64,000 nt of DNA, taken from NCBI GenBank assembly GCA_963761335.1, contig CAVXGR010000012.1:640001-704000 (forward strand). Reading direction: 5' to 3'. Position numbers and translations under genes: made by a program. Below, piece after piece: positions 33,769-44,039 of this stretch; the stretch's first letter is position 1, and the number at the start of each line of letters is the position of its first letter. The notes under the pieces were generated by a model, which saw only the letters and a list, made by a program, of their open reading frames with translations, made no database searches and was not told where the DNA came from. Origin of the DNA: an uncultured delta proteobacterium. Lineage in GTDB: Bacteria; Desulfobacterota; Binatia; HRBIN30; BPIQ01.

Positions 33769-35064
33769 ATGACGAGAAGAATTGCTTACCTGTGCCTGGC
33801 GGTGCTTCTGGCGTTCGCCCTGAGCAGCCCCGTCTACGCCGGGGCCACCAAGGTACAGGGTAACCTCGTGACCCCGCCGGTCACTCTCGACGCCGGCTCC
33901 GACAAGCTGCCGGCCCCGGCCGGCGACGGCTTCAACGACACGGTCAGCGTGCCCGCCGATTCCTCGTGCCCGCTGCCGGGCATCGGCGCCTGCGCCGCTG
34001 ACCCGAACACCACCTGCGGCATCGCGCCCGGCATGGGCGCCGATCCGTTCAGCGGCGAGTGCCCGCCGTCGGGCGGCGCCTGCGGCGGCCCCGCCCTCAC
34101 CGAGACCTGCTGCGTCGAGGCCCTGACCGGCCCCGATGGCATCACCGCCGGCGACGATCCGGGCACCATCGCCCTCGCTCGTCCAAGGGCAAGGTGAAGA
34201 TCCTGGTCAAGGGCACGAATGACAAGGCCAACAAGCTGAAGGTGCTCATCCAGTGCCAGGTGAAGGATGTCCAGGACGGCGGCGACGATGTGACCACCGA
34301 TCAGAACGCCGACCCCAACAACCCCGGCACCTGCCAGGGCGGCCCGAACGACGGCCTTCCCTGCACCAAGGACTCGAACTGCAAGGACCACGATCGATCC
34401 CAAGGGCCTGTACTTCTGCACCAGCGGTGACGAGTACAACTGCACCATCGACGGCATCGTCGGCTCCAACCCTGACAACCTCCCGGCCTGCGCGGCTCCC
34501 TGCCTCGCCGTTCTCGCCCCGCCTGCCGGTTGCGGCAGCCCCCAAGGCGGCCTCTGCGCCATCGGCACCTGCGCCGGCGGCAGCATCCGCGACGGCCAGC
34601 CCTGCGACATCACCGGCCAGACCACCTGCCCGGGTGGCTTCTGCGACGGCGTCAGCAGCCCCCTGGCTCTGACCGGCGACGAGACCGGCTTCTTTGCGCC
34701 GCAATTCAGTGGCGACGCCTACCTCATCTGCCCGATCGCCTTCGAGCTCGGCTACCCGATCGAGCTGAAGAAGGGCAAAGGCAAAGTGAAGGTCGACCTG
34801 GCGCAGTCGCCTCTCAACGTCTGCATCCCGGCCGGCAACAGCACCCAGCTGGTGGGCGCGGCGATCCACGCCCCGAGCGGCGATCCGACCGGCAACACCT
34901 CGAACCTGGCCCGCATCGGCTTCTACACGGGCAGCAGCACCACCAGCGCCAACACCATCCCCTGCCCCGGTGTCACCCTGCCTCTGCCGGGCTCGGCGAC
35001 CGGCCTGCCGACCCTCACCGGCGTTGGTCCGATCATCGGCACCACCGGCGGTCTGGCTCAGTAG
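33769..35064 (+). CDS. Cys-rich secreted protein, paralog 2 (frameshifts near 34180 and 34395)
   Basis: GAGGAGG upstream; signal peptide ..SPVYA-GATKVQGNLV; same motifs as paralog 1; ends GPIIGTTGGLAQ. Confidence 0.8.
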
Positions 35065-35101
35065 ACACCATCAGCCTCCGCTGCTGCGGAGCGAAGTGAA
35101 G

Positions 35102-35135
35102 AAGGGGCGGTCCTCGCGGGCCGCCCCTTTCTTTT
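35102..35135 (+). terminator. Rho-independent terminator
   Basis: AAGGGGCGG...CCGCCCCTTTCTTTT, homologous to the terminator of paralog 1. Confidence 0.8.
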
Positions 35136-35139
35136 GGAG

Positions 35140-35429
35140 CCCTCACCCTGACCCTCTCCCGCGAAAAGATGCGGGAGAGGGGACCTGTGGCCGCCAAGGG
35201 AGACCAGAACAAGACGAGCTCGCCGCGGGGGTGGGTCCCCTCTCCCGCATCTTTTCGCGGGAGAGGGGAACCTGTGGCCGCCAAGGGAGACCAGAACAAG
35301 ACGAGCTCGCCGCGGGGGCGGGTCCCCTCTCCCGCATCTTTTCGCAAGGGAGACCAGAACAAGACGAGCTCGCCGCGGGGGTGGGTTCCCTCTCCCGCAT
35401 CTTTTCGCGGGAGAGGGTCAGGGTGAGGG
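35140..35429. repeat. Family B hairpin array upstream of the DUF559 gene
   Basis: Four CCCTCTCCCGC hairpin units alternating with three copies of AAGGGAGACCAGAACAAGACGAGCTCGCCGCGGGGG. Confidence 0.85.
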
Positions 35430-35517
35430 CTCCGAGTCTTGGCCGCCACGCATCGAGGCGGCGCCGTCGATTTGACCTCTGATGCTCGCCCCCGGGCGCC
35501 GGCAGAATGGATCTGCC

Positions 35518-35880
35518 ATGACGGCACTCGGCCCGGAGCAGAAGGCGCGAGCCCGGCGGCTTCGAAGAGAGCAGACCGACGCAGAGCGACGTCTCTGGAA
35601 GCGCCTTCGCAACCGGGGGCTCGGCGGGGCAAAGTTCCGCCGGCAACATCCGATTGGCCCCTACTTCGCCGACTTCTGCTGCATGGAGCTTGGGATCATT
35701 ATCGAGCTCGACGGCGACCAGCACGCCGATCAGGTGGAGGGCGATGCCAGACGGACGCGCTATCTCCAGGGTCGCGGCTTCACCGTGCTGCGCTTCTGGA
35801 ACTTTGAGGTGACGCGACAGATCGATTTCGTGCTCGAGCGGATCTGGCTGGCCGTCGAGGAACGCCGACCCTCACCCTGA
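35518..35880 (+). CDS. DUF559 (YcjD-like, Vsr-like) endonuclease
   Basis: ARRLRREQTDAERRLW..LR, KFRRQHPIGPYFADF.C, IIELDGDQH, D..RT..L...GF.VLRFWN. Confidence 0.92.
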   Translation: MTALGPEQKARARRLRREQTDAERRLWKRLRNRGLGGAKFRRQHPIGPYFADFCCMELGIIIELDGDQHADQVEGDARRTRYLQGRGFTVLRFWNFEVTRQIDFVLERIWLAVEERRPSP

Positions 35881-35990
35881 CCCTCTCCCGCGAAAAGATG
35901 CGGGAGAGGGGACCCGGGTCCGGAGCGGGCCGGTCTTTTGCGGCGGGCACAGGTTCCCTCTCCCGCATCTTTCGCGGGAGAGGGGACCTG
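35869..35990. repeat. Family B hairpins downstream of the DUF559 gene
   Basis: CCCTCACCCTGACCCTCTCCCGCGAAAAGATGCGGGAGAGGG contains the gene's TGA; second hairpin at ~35956. Confidence 0.85.
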
Positions 35991-36045
35991 TGGCCGAGAC
36001 CAGGTCGTTTTGTTCTGGTTCCGTCCTCGCATATGAAAGGACGGC

Positions 36046-37904
36046 GTGAACCCAGCCACCGAGCCACCGAGCCACCGAGCCACCGGCGACGAGCGCGCCG
36101 CCGCCTTTCGCCGGCTGCGCCAGCTGCTGGTGCAGCCGGCGGAACGCCTCGAGGCGGCGCGCCGCGCCCTCGACCTGCTCGACCGCGATCTGCTGCCGCG
36201 CTCGGCGGGCGGCGACACCTACCTGGTGTGCGGCATCGTCGGCCCCAACAACGCCGGCAAGTCGGCGCTCTTCAACTCGCTCCTGGGCCGCGACCTGAGC
36301 CCGTCGGTGCCGGCGGGTGGGGCGACGCGGCGGCTGGTCGGCGCCGCCTCCCCCGAGCTCCTCGCCCGGCTCGAGGCCGAGCCGTCGCTGGCCCGCTTCC
36401 ACCTGCGCCCCCTGGCGGCGGCGGCGAGCCGGCTGCAGGCGGCGCTGGAGCCGGCGCCCGATCCGGCGGAGCTGCTGCTGGTCGCCGACCCGTCGCTGCC
36501 GCCGAGCCTGCTGCTGATCGATACGCCCGACTTCGACAGCATCCTCCAGGACAACCGCTTCGCCAGTGAGTCGCTGCTGGCGGTCGCCGACCTGGTGATC
36601 GCCGTGGTCACCCGCCACTCGTACCAGAACCGCGAGGTGGTGCACTTCCTGCGCAGCTGGCTCGACCACGGCCGTCCCTGGATGCTGCTCTACAACGAGG
36701 CGATCGACGAGGAGGTGGCGCGGGCGCACGCCGCCAAGCTGATCGCCGACGTCGGCCACCCGCCGCTGGCGGAGTTCTGGGCGCCGCACAGCCTGGCGGT
36801 GCAGGACGGCTCCGAGCCGCTGATCGCCCGGCCGCACGCCGGCGAGCCGCCGGCGCCGCCGCCGATCTGCGCGCCATGCTCTTCGACCTGCAGCAGATCG
36901 CCGAGCTCAAGTCGCGCGCCGTCGCCGCCTCGCTGGCGCGGCTGCGCGACGACCTCGACGCGGTGACCGCGGGGCTCGCCGAGGAGGCGGCGCAGGGGCG
37001 CGAGCTGTGGAACGTGGCGGCGATCCGCGCCGCCGAGGTCGGCCGCGAGGTGGCCCTGGCGGCGATGCCCGCCGGGCCGTTCGTGCAGGCCTTTCGCGCC
37101 GTCCTCGACCGCCGCAGCAACCCGCTGAGCCGCAGCTGGCGCACTCTGGTGCGCGGCTTTCGCCTGCGCCTCGAGGACGTGGCCGGGCTCATCTGGGGTC
37201 GCTCGCGGCCGCCGGCCGGAGCCGACGGCGCCGGCGGCCTCGACGACATCGAGAAGGCGGCGCTGCGCCAGGCGTGGCCGGAGTTCTGGGAGGAGCTGGC
37301 CCGCGATCTCGGCCCCGAGGCCCGCCACCCGGCGCGGCGCGCCGCGCCGCCGCGCCTCGCCGCCCTGCTCGACGCCGATCTCGCCGAGGCCAACCGCCTG
37401 CCGGCGCTGGAGCGCGCCGCAGCGGCGCTGCAGACGCCGTCCGCCGATCTCACCGCCTTCGAGAACGCCTGCGCCGACGTCATCGAGCAGGCGATCGAGG
37501 AGCGCGGCTTCGACATCGACATCCAGGCGGCCGCTGACCTCGCCACCCTGGCGCCGCTGGCGCTGGCGGCGGCGGTGATCGTCAACACCGGCGGCGTCGG
37601 CGTCGATCTGGCGATCGCCGGCGGCGGCGCCGTCGGCACCTTCCTCATGGAGAAGTACTCGCACCTTTTGGGCAGCGGCATCCTCGCCGAGGCGCGGCGG
37701 CGCTGGGCCGACCTGCGGGGCGGCCACATCGCCGCGCAGCTGGCGCAGGCGGCGCTGGCGCACAGCGGCCCGGCGCTGGGCGAGATGGCACACGGCGAGA
37801 CCGCGGTGACCGCGGAGCTGCGGCGCCTGCGGCAGAGAATCGCCCAGGCGCCGCGGCCGCCCAGAGAAGAGCGCCGCGAGAGCCCGGCGGAGAGCGCCCG
37901 ATGA
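36046..37904 (+). CDS. Dynamin-like GTPase 1 (frameshift near 36850)
   Basis: GPNNAGKS, DTPDFDS; helical C-terminal half with hydrophobic hairpin continues in the 36876-37904 frame. Confidence 0.7.
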
Positions 37905-39646
37905 ACGGCGGACGCCCCGACTGGAAGCTGCAGGTGCGCCGCCTGCGCGATCGCCTGCGCGGGGACGTGGGCGCGGTCGCCGACCTGCGCGCCGTCGCCG
38001 GGCGCGCCGCCGAGATCGACCTGTTGCTCGCCGACCTCGATCGCCAGCTGGAGCGCGCCGAGCGCGCCGCGGTGATCACCCTGGTGGGCGCCACCGGCGC
38101 CGGCAAGTCGACGCTGCTCAACGCCATCGTCGGGCGCACCATCGCCCGCGAGGGCATCGACCGGCCGACGACGCGCCAGCCGGTGATCTACGCCCCGCGC
38201 GACGCCGACCTCGCCGACCTGCTCGAGGGCTGCCGCGCCGGCGCCGCCGCCGTCGAGCCGACGGTGGAGCGCTACGACCCGGTGCACAGCCCGTGGATGA
38301 GCCACGTGCTCATCGACTCCCCCGACCTCAACAGCGTCGCCGAGGAGCACCGCGAGCAGGTGCGCGTTCTCGCCGAGCACAGCGACATCCTGGTGGTCGT
38401 CCTGCACCGCCAGTCGGTGATCGAGCAGACGCCGGTGGAGTTCCTCGACAGCTTCGCGCGCCGCCGCGCCCTGGTGTTCGTCCTCAACCGCAGCGACGAG
38501 CTCACCGCCGCCGCCCGCGAGGCGCTGCTGGCGCAGGTGCGGGATCTGGTCACCGAGCGCTGGGGCGCCGGCGGCGCCCCGGTGATGGCGATCAGCGCCC
38601 GCGCCGCGCAGCTGCAGCCGCAGGCGCCGGAATGGCTGCACTTCGTCGAGGTGCTGGCGCAGATGGTGCGCGACTCGGCCCTGGCCGGGGTGCGCCGCCG
38701 GAACGCCCTCGGGGTCGCCGGCCTCATCGGGGCGCTGTTCGCCGAGGTGGACGACGAGGCGCGGCCGGATCTCGAGGCGCTGGCCGCCGAGGTCGCCGCC
38801 GGCACCGAGCGGCTGGTGCAGCGCACCGCCGAGGAGACCGCCGCCCGCTGGCAGCTGCGCGGCGCCGAGCTGGCGCGCCTGCTCTGGGGAGAGGCGGCAA
38901 AGCGCTGGGACGGGCCCTGCGGCTGGGCCCTGCGCGCCGGCTCCACCGCCTCGCTCGGCCTCGGCGCCGGCGCCGTGCTCGCCCGCCGCCATCCGCTGCT
39001 CGCCGCCGGCGCCGCGGTCGGCAGCGCCGCCGCCGAGCAGGCGCAGCGCGCCGCCGAGCGGCGGCAGCTCGACGAGGTGGAGGCGCTGCTGCCGGCACCC
39101 AGCGACTTCGCGCGCTGGTACTCCGAGGCGCTGTCGCCGGCGCGGGTGCGCGCCGCCCGCCTCACCGGAGATCCCGAGGCGCTCGGTCTGCCGGCGGCGG
39201 AGACCGTGTACGCGGCGGGCAGCAGCGCCGCCGCCGAGGCGTGGAGCGAGCTGGTGCACCGCCAGCTGCCGGCGGCGGCAGCGCGCAGCTGGCTGCGCTT
39301 CCTGCACCTGCCTCTCGATCTGCCGGTCTTCGGCCTCGCCGCCTGGGTCATCTACCGGGTCGCCGCCGGCTTCGTCGCCGGCGCCTACACCGGCATCGAC
39401 TTCCTGGTGAACGCCCTGCTCCTCGGCGCCGCCTATCTGTTCTGCGTGGTCTTCCTGACGCGCCGGGCCCTCGGCCTGCGCTCCCGCCGCCTGCTGCGCG
39501 AGGCCATCGCCCGCACCCGCGGCGTGCTCGCCGCCTGGCTCGACGGAGCCCGCGAGTCGGTGCGCCAGAGCACCGAGGCCAGGCTCACCCGCCTCGCCGA
39601 GCTGCGTCGCCTCGGCGACGACTGGCGCCAGCGCCTGGGCGGCTGA
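37901..39646 (+). CDS. Dynamin-like GTPase 2 with C-terminal TM helices
   Basis: GATGAGKST, RPTT, DSPDLNS, LNRSD; ATGA-coupled to the upstream gene. Confidence 0.78.
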   Translation: MNGGRPDWKLQVRRLRDRLRGDVGAVADLRAVAGRAAEIDLLLADLDRQLERAERAAVITLVGATGAGKSTLLNAIVGRTIAREGIDRPTTRQPVIYAPRDADLADLLEGCRAGAAAVEPTVERYDPVHSPWMSHVLIDSPDLNSVAEEHREQVRVLAEHSDILVVVLHRQSVIEQTPVEFLDSFARRRALVFVLNRSDELTAAAREALLAQVRDLVTERWGAGGAPVMAISARAAQLQPQAPEWLHFVEVLAQMVRDSALAGVRRRNALGVAGLIGALFAEVDDEARPDLEALAAEVAAGTERLVQRTAEETAARWQLRGAELARLLWGEAAKRWDGPCGWALRAGSTASLGLGAGAVLARRHPLLAAGAAVGSAAAEQAQRAAERRQLDEVEALLPAPSDFARWYSEALSPARVRAARLTGDPEALGLPAAETVYAAGSSAAAEAWSELVHRQLPAAAARSWLRFLHLPLDLPVFGLAAWVIYRVAAGFVAGAYTGIDFLVNALLLGAAYLFCVVFLTRRALGLRSRRLLREAIARTRGVLAAWLDGARESVRQSTEARLTRLAELRRLGDDWRQRLGG

Positions 39647-39670
39647 GGCGCCGTCGCTCGGCGCTCCGTC

Positions 39671-39801
39671 GTTCTCATTCCGTCGTTCCCGGTTCTCATC
39701 CCGTCGTTTTCCATTGGCCCTGAACCGCCGCGTTCGTCCCCGCAGCCCGCAGATCAATGGAAAACGACGGCATGAGAACCGGGGATGGAGAACCGGGAAT
39801 G
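39671..39801. repeat. Family G inverted repeat
   Basis: Same arms as 28380-28506. Confidence 0.8.
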
Positions 39802-39973
39802 CCCCCCACCCCCGCAATACCATCCTTCTCCATTCCGTTCCCGAAGCCGGCGGGCCTACGACCAAGGTCGTACATCACTCGCCAATTCCCGAATAATTCA
39901 TACCTTCCCGCGATTTTGGCCGGCGCCGTCGCGAGGCATTATCGGCTCACGTCAAGGGAAGAGGAGAACCACA

Positions 39974-41140
39974 GTGAGGCACATCGCAGACAGAGTCCCG
40001 GAGCCCCAGACATCGCCGGCAGGCCATGCCTGGACCCGACCGGACGGTGGCGAGGGCGTTGCCGTCATCGGTCACCTCGATCCCGCCGTGGCGGCCGCTC
40101 TCGCGGGCGAGCTCGAGCGCCGCGGCTACCGCGCCATCGCCGTTCCCGACCCCGGCGAGGCGCTGGTGGCTGCGGCGCGGGGGCACGCCGTCGCCGCGGT
40201 GCTCTACCGCGGCTTCGTCGAGGCCGCCGCCCCCGAGCTGCTCGGCCGCTTGCGGGCGGCCATGCCTCTGAGCCCGCTGATCATCGCCGGGCCGGAGGGC
40301 ACCACTCCGGTCGCCCCGGAGCACAACGCCATCTGCAGCGAGGACGACGCCCCGGCGCACCTCGCCGACCTGGTCGACTGCGGCGTCGCCGTCGCCCGCA
40401 GCCTCGGGCGCAGCCGCGCCGAGCACGAGGTGCGCAGCCTGATCCTCGCCAAGCTCTGCCACGATCTGCGCTCGCCGCTGCACGTCATCCAGGGATACAC
40501 CGAGGTGCTGCGCGGCGATCCGGCGGCGGCACCCTTCGAAAACATTCTCGAGCGCCTGGCGGGAGCCACCGACACCGCCATCGGGCTGATCGGCGACTAC
40601 CTCGATCTCGCCCGCCTCAACGCCCCGGGCATGGCCATTCGCCGCGAGCGCGTCGACCTGGAGGAGCTGGTTCAGGATCTGCGCGCCGCCGCCGAGCTGC
40701 GCATCGGCAAGCGGCCGCTGGCCTTCGAGGTGAGCAGCGCCGCGGGGCGCTCCTACCTCTACGCGGACGGCGACATCCTGCGCGCCGTGCTCGGGCAGCT
40801 GCTGGCCAACGCCGTGAAGTTCACGCCCAGCGGAGCGATCCGGCTGAGCATCTGCGGCGGCCACGGCGAGACCCGCTTCGAGGTCGCCGACCAGGGACCC
40901 GGTATCAGCGACGCCGAGCTGCCCGGCCTCTTCACCCCGTTTCGCCAGGGGGCTCCCGGGGCCCTGTCGAGCACCCCGGGCGAAGGGGTGGGGCTGGCGA
41001 TGGCCTCGCGCCTGACGGCCCTTCTCGGCGGCTCGCTGGCGGCGGCCCGGCGCCGCGAAGGCGGCGCCCTCTTCACGCTGCGGCTGCCCGAGGGGCTGCA
41101 CGCATATCCGCAGCAGGCGCGCGAGCGCGTCCTGCACTGA
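39974..41140 (+). CDS. Cytoplasmic histidine kinase with degenerate receiver-like N-terminus
   Basis: GTG after GAGGAG; HDLRSPL, LLANAVKFT, DQGPGI, GVGLA. Confidence 0.87.
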   Translation: MRHIADRVPEPQTSPAGHAWTRPDGGEGVAVIGHLDPAVAAALAGELERRGYRAIAVPDPGEALVAAARGHAVAAVLYRGFVEAAAPELLGRLRAAMPLSPLIIAGPEGTTPVAPEHNAICSEDDAPAHLADLVDCGVAVARSLGRSRAEHEVRSLILAKLCHDLRSPLHVIQGYTEVLRGDPAAAPFENILERLAGATDTAIGLIGDYLDLARLNAPGMAIRRERVDLEELVQDLRAAAELRIGKRPLAFEVSSAAGRSYLYADGDILRAVLGQLLANAVKFTPSGAIRLSICGGHGETRFEVADQGPGISDAELPGLFTPFRQGAPGALSSTPGEGVGLAMASRLTALLGGSLAAARRREGGALFTLRLPEGLHAYPQQARERVLH

Positions 41141-41162
41141 CAACCTGAGCGGGGGAATTCTC

Positions 41163-42344
41163 ATGGCAAGGCAAACTCGACATGCTCCGACGAACCACAC
41201 CGTCCTCGTCGTCGACGATCAGGAAGAGGTCCTGCATTCCGTGCGCGAGCTGCTGTCGCGCGAGGGCCATCGCGTGCTCACCGCGGAGTCCGGGGCGCGC
41301 GCCCTGGAGCTGCTCAAGGAGAACGACGTCCATCTCCTCCTCGTCGACTACTTCATGCCGCGCATGAGCGGCGAGCAGCTCATCCGCCAGATCCGCACCT
41401 TCGACCCGTACGTGCAGATCATCCTGCAGACGGGCTACTCGGGAGACAAGCCGGGCAACCGGATGATGGCCGAGCTCGACATCCAGGGCTATCACGACAA
41501 GGCCGACGGCCCCGAGAAGCTGCTGCTGTGGGTCGACGTCGGCCTGAAGGCGCACCGCCTGATCGCCAAGCTGCGCGAGCGCGAGCGCCTCCAGGGGGAG
41601 CTGGTGGCCAACGTCTCGCACGAGTTTCGCACGCCGCTGCACATCATCGGCGGCTACTGCGATCTCCTCCTTCAGGGGGAGTTCGGCGGCCTGCCCGACA
41701 ACGCGGGCGGACGCATCGAGCGCATCGCCGAGGCGGCCTCCAACCTCTCCGAGCTGGTCTCGGATCTGCTGAAGTACGCCAAGATGGAGGCGGGGCTGCG
41801 CGACACGGCGCCGCGCCCGATGGTCTTCCGCGAGCTGACCGAGGAGATGTCGCGTCTCGCCGGCCTGCTCCTCGAGGGCAGCGAGGTGCAGTTCTCCCTG
41901 GACGAGACGGCACTTCCCACCCACTTCGTCAGCGATCCGGTGATGCTGCGCACCATCCTCCGCAACCTCATCGCCAACGCCGTCAAGTTCACCAGCGAGG
42001 GAGAGATCCGCCTGCAGATCACCCGCCACGACGGGACCCTGCGCTTCGCGGTCAGCGATTCCGGCATCGGCATCCCCGCCGAGGCACAGCAGGTCATCTT
42101 CGAGCCCTTCCGGCAGCTCGACGGCTCGATGTCGCGCAAGCACCGGGGCATCGGCCTCGGCCTCGCCCTGTCGCGCAAGTTCGCCCGCCTCCTCGGCGGC
42201 GATCTGTGGGTCGAGAGCCAGGCGGGTGTGGGCTCGACCTTCACCCTGGAGATTCCCGCCGTCGAGGCGATCGAGGAGATCGCCGAGATGGCCCCGGTCG
42301 TCGACAGCGCGCGGGTCATCTACGACACCGCCAGCGCCGCATAA
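41163..42344 (+). CDS. Hybrid response regulator/histidine kinase (REC-HisKA-HATPase)
   Basis: VLVVDD, LVDYFMP, HEFRTPL, NAVKFT, DSGIGI, GIGLGLA. Confidence 0.92.
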   Translation: MARQTRHAPTNHTVLVVDDQEEVLHSVRELLSREGHRVLTAESGARALELLKENDVHLLLVDYFMPRMSGEQLIRQIRTFDPYVQIILQTGYSGDKPGNRMMAELDIQGYHDKADGPEKLLLWVDVGLKAHRLIAKLRERERLQGELVANVSHEFRTPLHIIGGYCDLLLQGEFGGLPDNAGGRIERIAEAASNLSELVSDLLKYAKMEAGLRDTAPRPMVFRELTEEMSRLAGLLLEGSEVQFSLDETALPTHFVSDPVMLRTILRNLIANAVKFTSEGEIRLQITRHDGTLRFAVSDSGIGIPAEAQQVIFEPFRQLDGSMSRKHRGIGLGLALSRKFARLLGGDLWVESQAGVGSTFTLEIPAVEAIEEIAEMAPVVDSARVIYDTASAA

Positions 42345-42353
42345 GGATCACCG

Positions 42354-44039
42354 ATGCTCCACTTCATTCATCATCTCGCATCCAGCATCGCCGCCGTGGG
42401 GGGTACGGTGGCGGCCGCCGCGGCGCGGGCAGCGGAGCTTCCGCTGCCGCGCGCCGGCGCCGGCAACAACCTCATCTGGGCCGGGCTCGCGCTCGCGGCA
42501 GCGGCGGCGCTGCTGTGGCGGGTGGCGCGCCGCCGCGGCGTCGGCCGCAGCGAGATCGCCGAGCGCGCCCTCGCGGAGCTGGCGCAGGCGCTGATCGCCT
42601 CGCGCAGCGAGGAGGAGGTGATCGACCACGCCCTGCAGGTGGTGGAGAACGCCCTCGACAGCGCCGTCGCCGTCATGCTGCGGCGCCGCGAGGGAAACCA
42701 CTTCCAGGCCGCCGGCCGCGGCGGCGGCGACGGCCGTCAGGCGGCGTTGCCGCCGCACCTGATGACCCGCCTCGATCGCGGTCAGGTGCTCAGCAGCGAG
42801 GATCTGCGGACGGCCGCCGGGCCGCGTGCCGCCAAAAGCCCGTTTCCCGAGGCCCAGCTGGTGGTGCCGATCTGCGGCCGCAGCTGCGCCGCCGGGGTGC
42901 TGCTGCTGCGGCCGAAGGGCCGCGCGCGTGCCTACGAGCGCCGCCAGATCGAGCTGGCCTCGGCCATGGCCAGCCTGCTCGGTCTCGGCCTGGCGCGGAC
43001 CGCGGCCAGCGGCGAGGCCGCGACGCTGGGGCGCAGCAACCAGGACCTGGAAAAGCGACTGCACCAGCAGACGCTCGTCGAGGAGAGCACCGGCGCCGAG
43101 CTGAGCCGCTCGCTGACGCAGCTGCAGGAAGCGTACGCCGAGCTCGAGCAGAGCCACGCCAACCTGCAGCGCGCCGACCGCCTGGCCACTCTCGGCCAGC
43201 TCACCGCCGGCCTGGCGCACGAGATCAACACGCCGCTCAGCGCCGTCCTCAACTCCCTGAAGATCATCGCCGACCTGGCGCGCGAGTACGGCAGCTCGAT
43301 CGACGACCCGAGCGTCGAGTCGCAGGACCACCACCAGATCGCCGAGGAGATCGGCTCCAACGCCGAGGCGGCGATTCAGTGGACCCGCAAGGCGACCTCC
43401 TTCATCCGCAGCGTCAAGTGCCACGGCCGCGATCCCGGCACCGCCGGCGAGGAGGAGTTCCCGGTGCGCGAGGTGGTCGCCCAGACCCTGGAGCTGATCG
43501 AGCACCGCATCCAGGCGTCCTCCTGTCGCGTCGACTACACCGAGGAGGGCGAGAACATCTGCCTGCTCGGCAATCCGGGGCGCTTCAACCAGGTGCTGGT
43601 GAACCTGATCACCAACGCCATCGACGCCTACGAGGACAGCGGCACCGTCGACGGCCGCATCGAAGTGTGCGCCCGGCGCAGCGCCGAGGGCATCGACATC
43701 ATGGTGCGCGACTGGGCCGGCGGCATTCCCAGCGCCGTTCTGCCGCGCGTCTTCGAAGGGCTGTTCACCACCAAGAGCTCCGGACGCGGCACCGGTCTGG
43801 GGCTGTGGATCGCGCGCAACGTCGTCGAGGAAGGCTTCGGCGGTGTTCTCGACGTGTTCACCACGCCGGGGCTGGGGAGCTGCTTCACGGCGAGCTTCCC
43901 GGGGCCGAATCAGGCCTGCCCGGCGGCGCTCAGCAGCTTTGCCGGCCAGGCGGCGGAGGACATTCCGGAAGGTCTGCCCCTGCCCTTCGAGCCGCTCGGC
44001 GATGGCGCCGGCCGCTCACCGACTCACGTGGCGCTGTGA
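42354..44039 (+). CDS. Membrane-anchored GAF sensor histidine kinase
   Basis: TM segment, GAF-like region, LAHEINTPL, NLITNAIDA, GTGLGL. Confidence 0.88.
   Translation: MLHFIHHLASSIAAVGGTVAAAAARAAELPLPRAGAGNNLIWAGLALAAAAALLWRVARRRGVGRSEIAERALAELAQALIASRSEEEVIDHALQVVENALDSAVAVMLRRREGNHFQAAGRGGGDGRQAALPPHLMTRLDRGQVLSSEDLRTAAGPRAAKSPFPEAQLVVPICGRSCAAGVLLLRPKGRARAYERRQIELASAMASLLGLGLARTAASGEAATLGRSNQDLEKRLHQQTLVEESTGAELSRSLTQLQEAYAELEQSHANLQRADRLATLGQLTAGLAHEINTPLSAVLNSLKIIADLAREYGSSIDDPSVESQDHHQIAEEIGSNAEAAIQWTRKATSFIRSVKCHGRDPGTAGEEEFPVREVVAQTLELIEHRIQASSCRVDYTEEGENICLLGNPGRFNQVLVNLITNAIDAYEDSGTVDGRIEVCARRSAEGIDIMVRDWAGGIPSAVLPRVFEGLFTTKSSGRGTGLGLWIARNVVEEGFGGVLDVFTTPGLGSCFTASFPGPNQACPAALSSFAGQAAEDIPEGLPLPFEPLGDGAGRSPTHVAL

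Noticed and set aside
30960..35064. Diversity-generating retroelement template/variable repeat pair
   Set aside because: Similarity covers the whole genes, differences are not adenine-specific, and no reverse transcriptase is present
30960..35064. Multiheme cytochromes or RiPP precursors
   Set aside because: No CxxCH motifs and no modifying enzymes nearby
35140..35429. CRISPR-like array beside a nuclease
   Set aside because: The intervening sequences are copies of one another, not unique spacers
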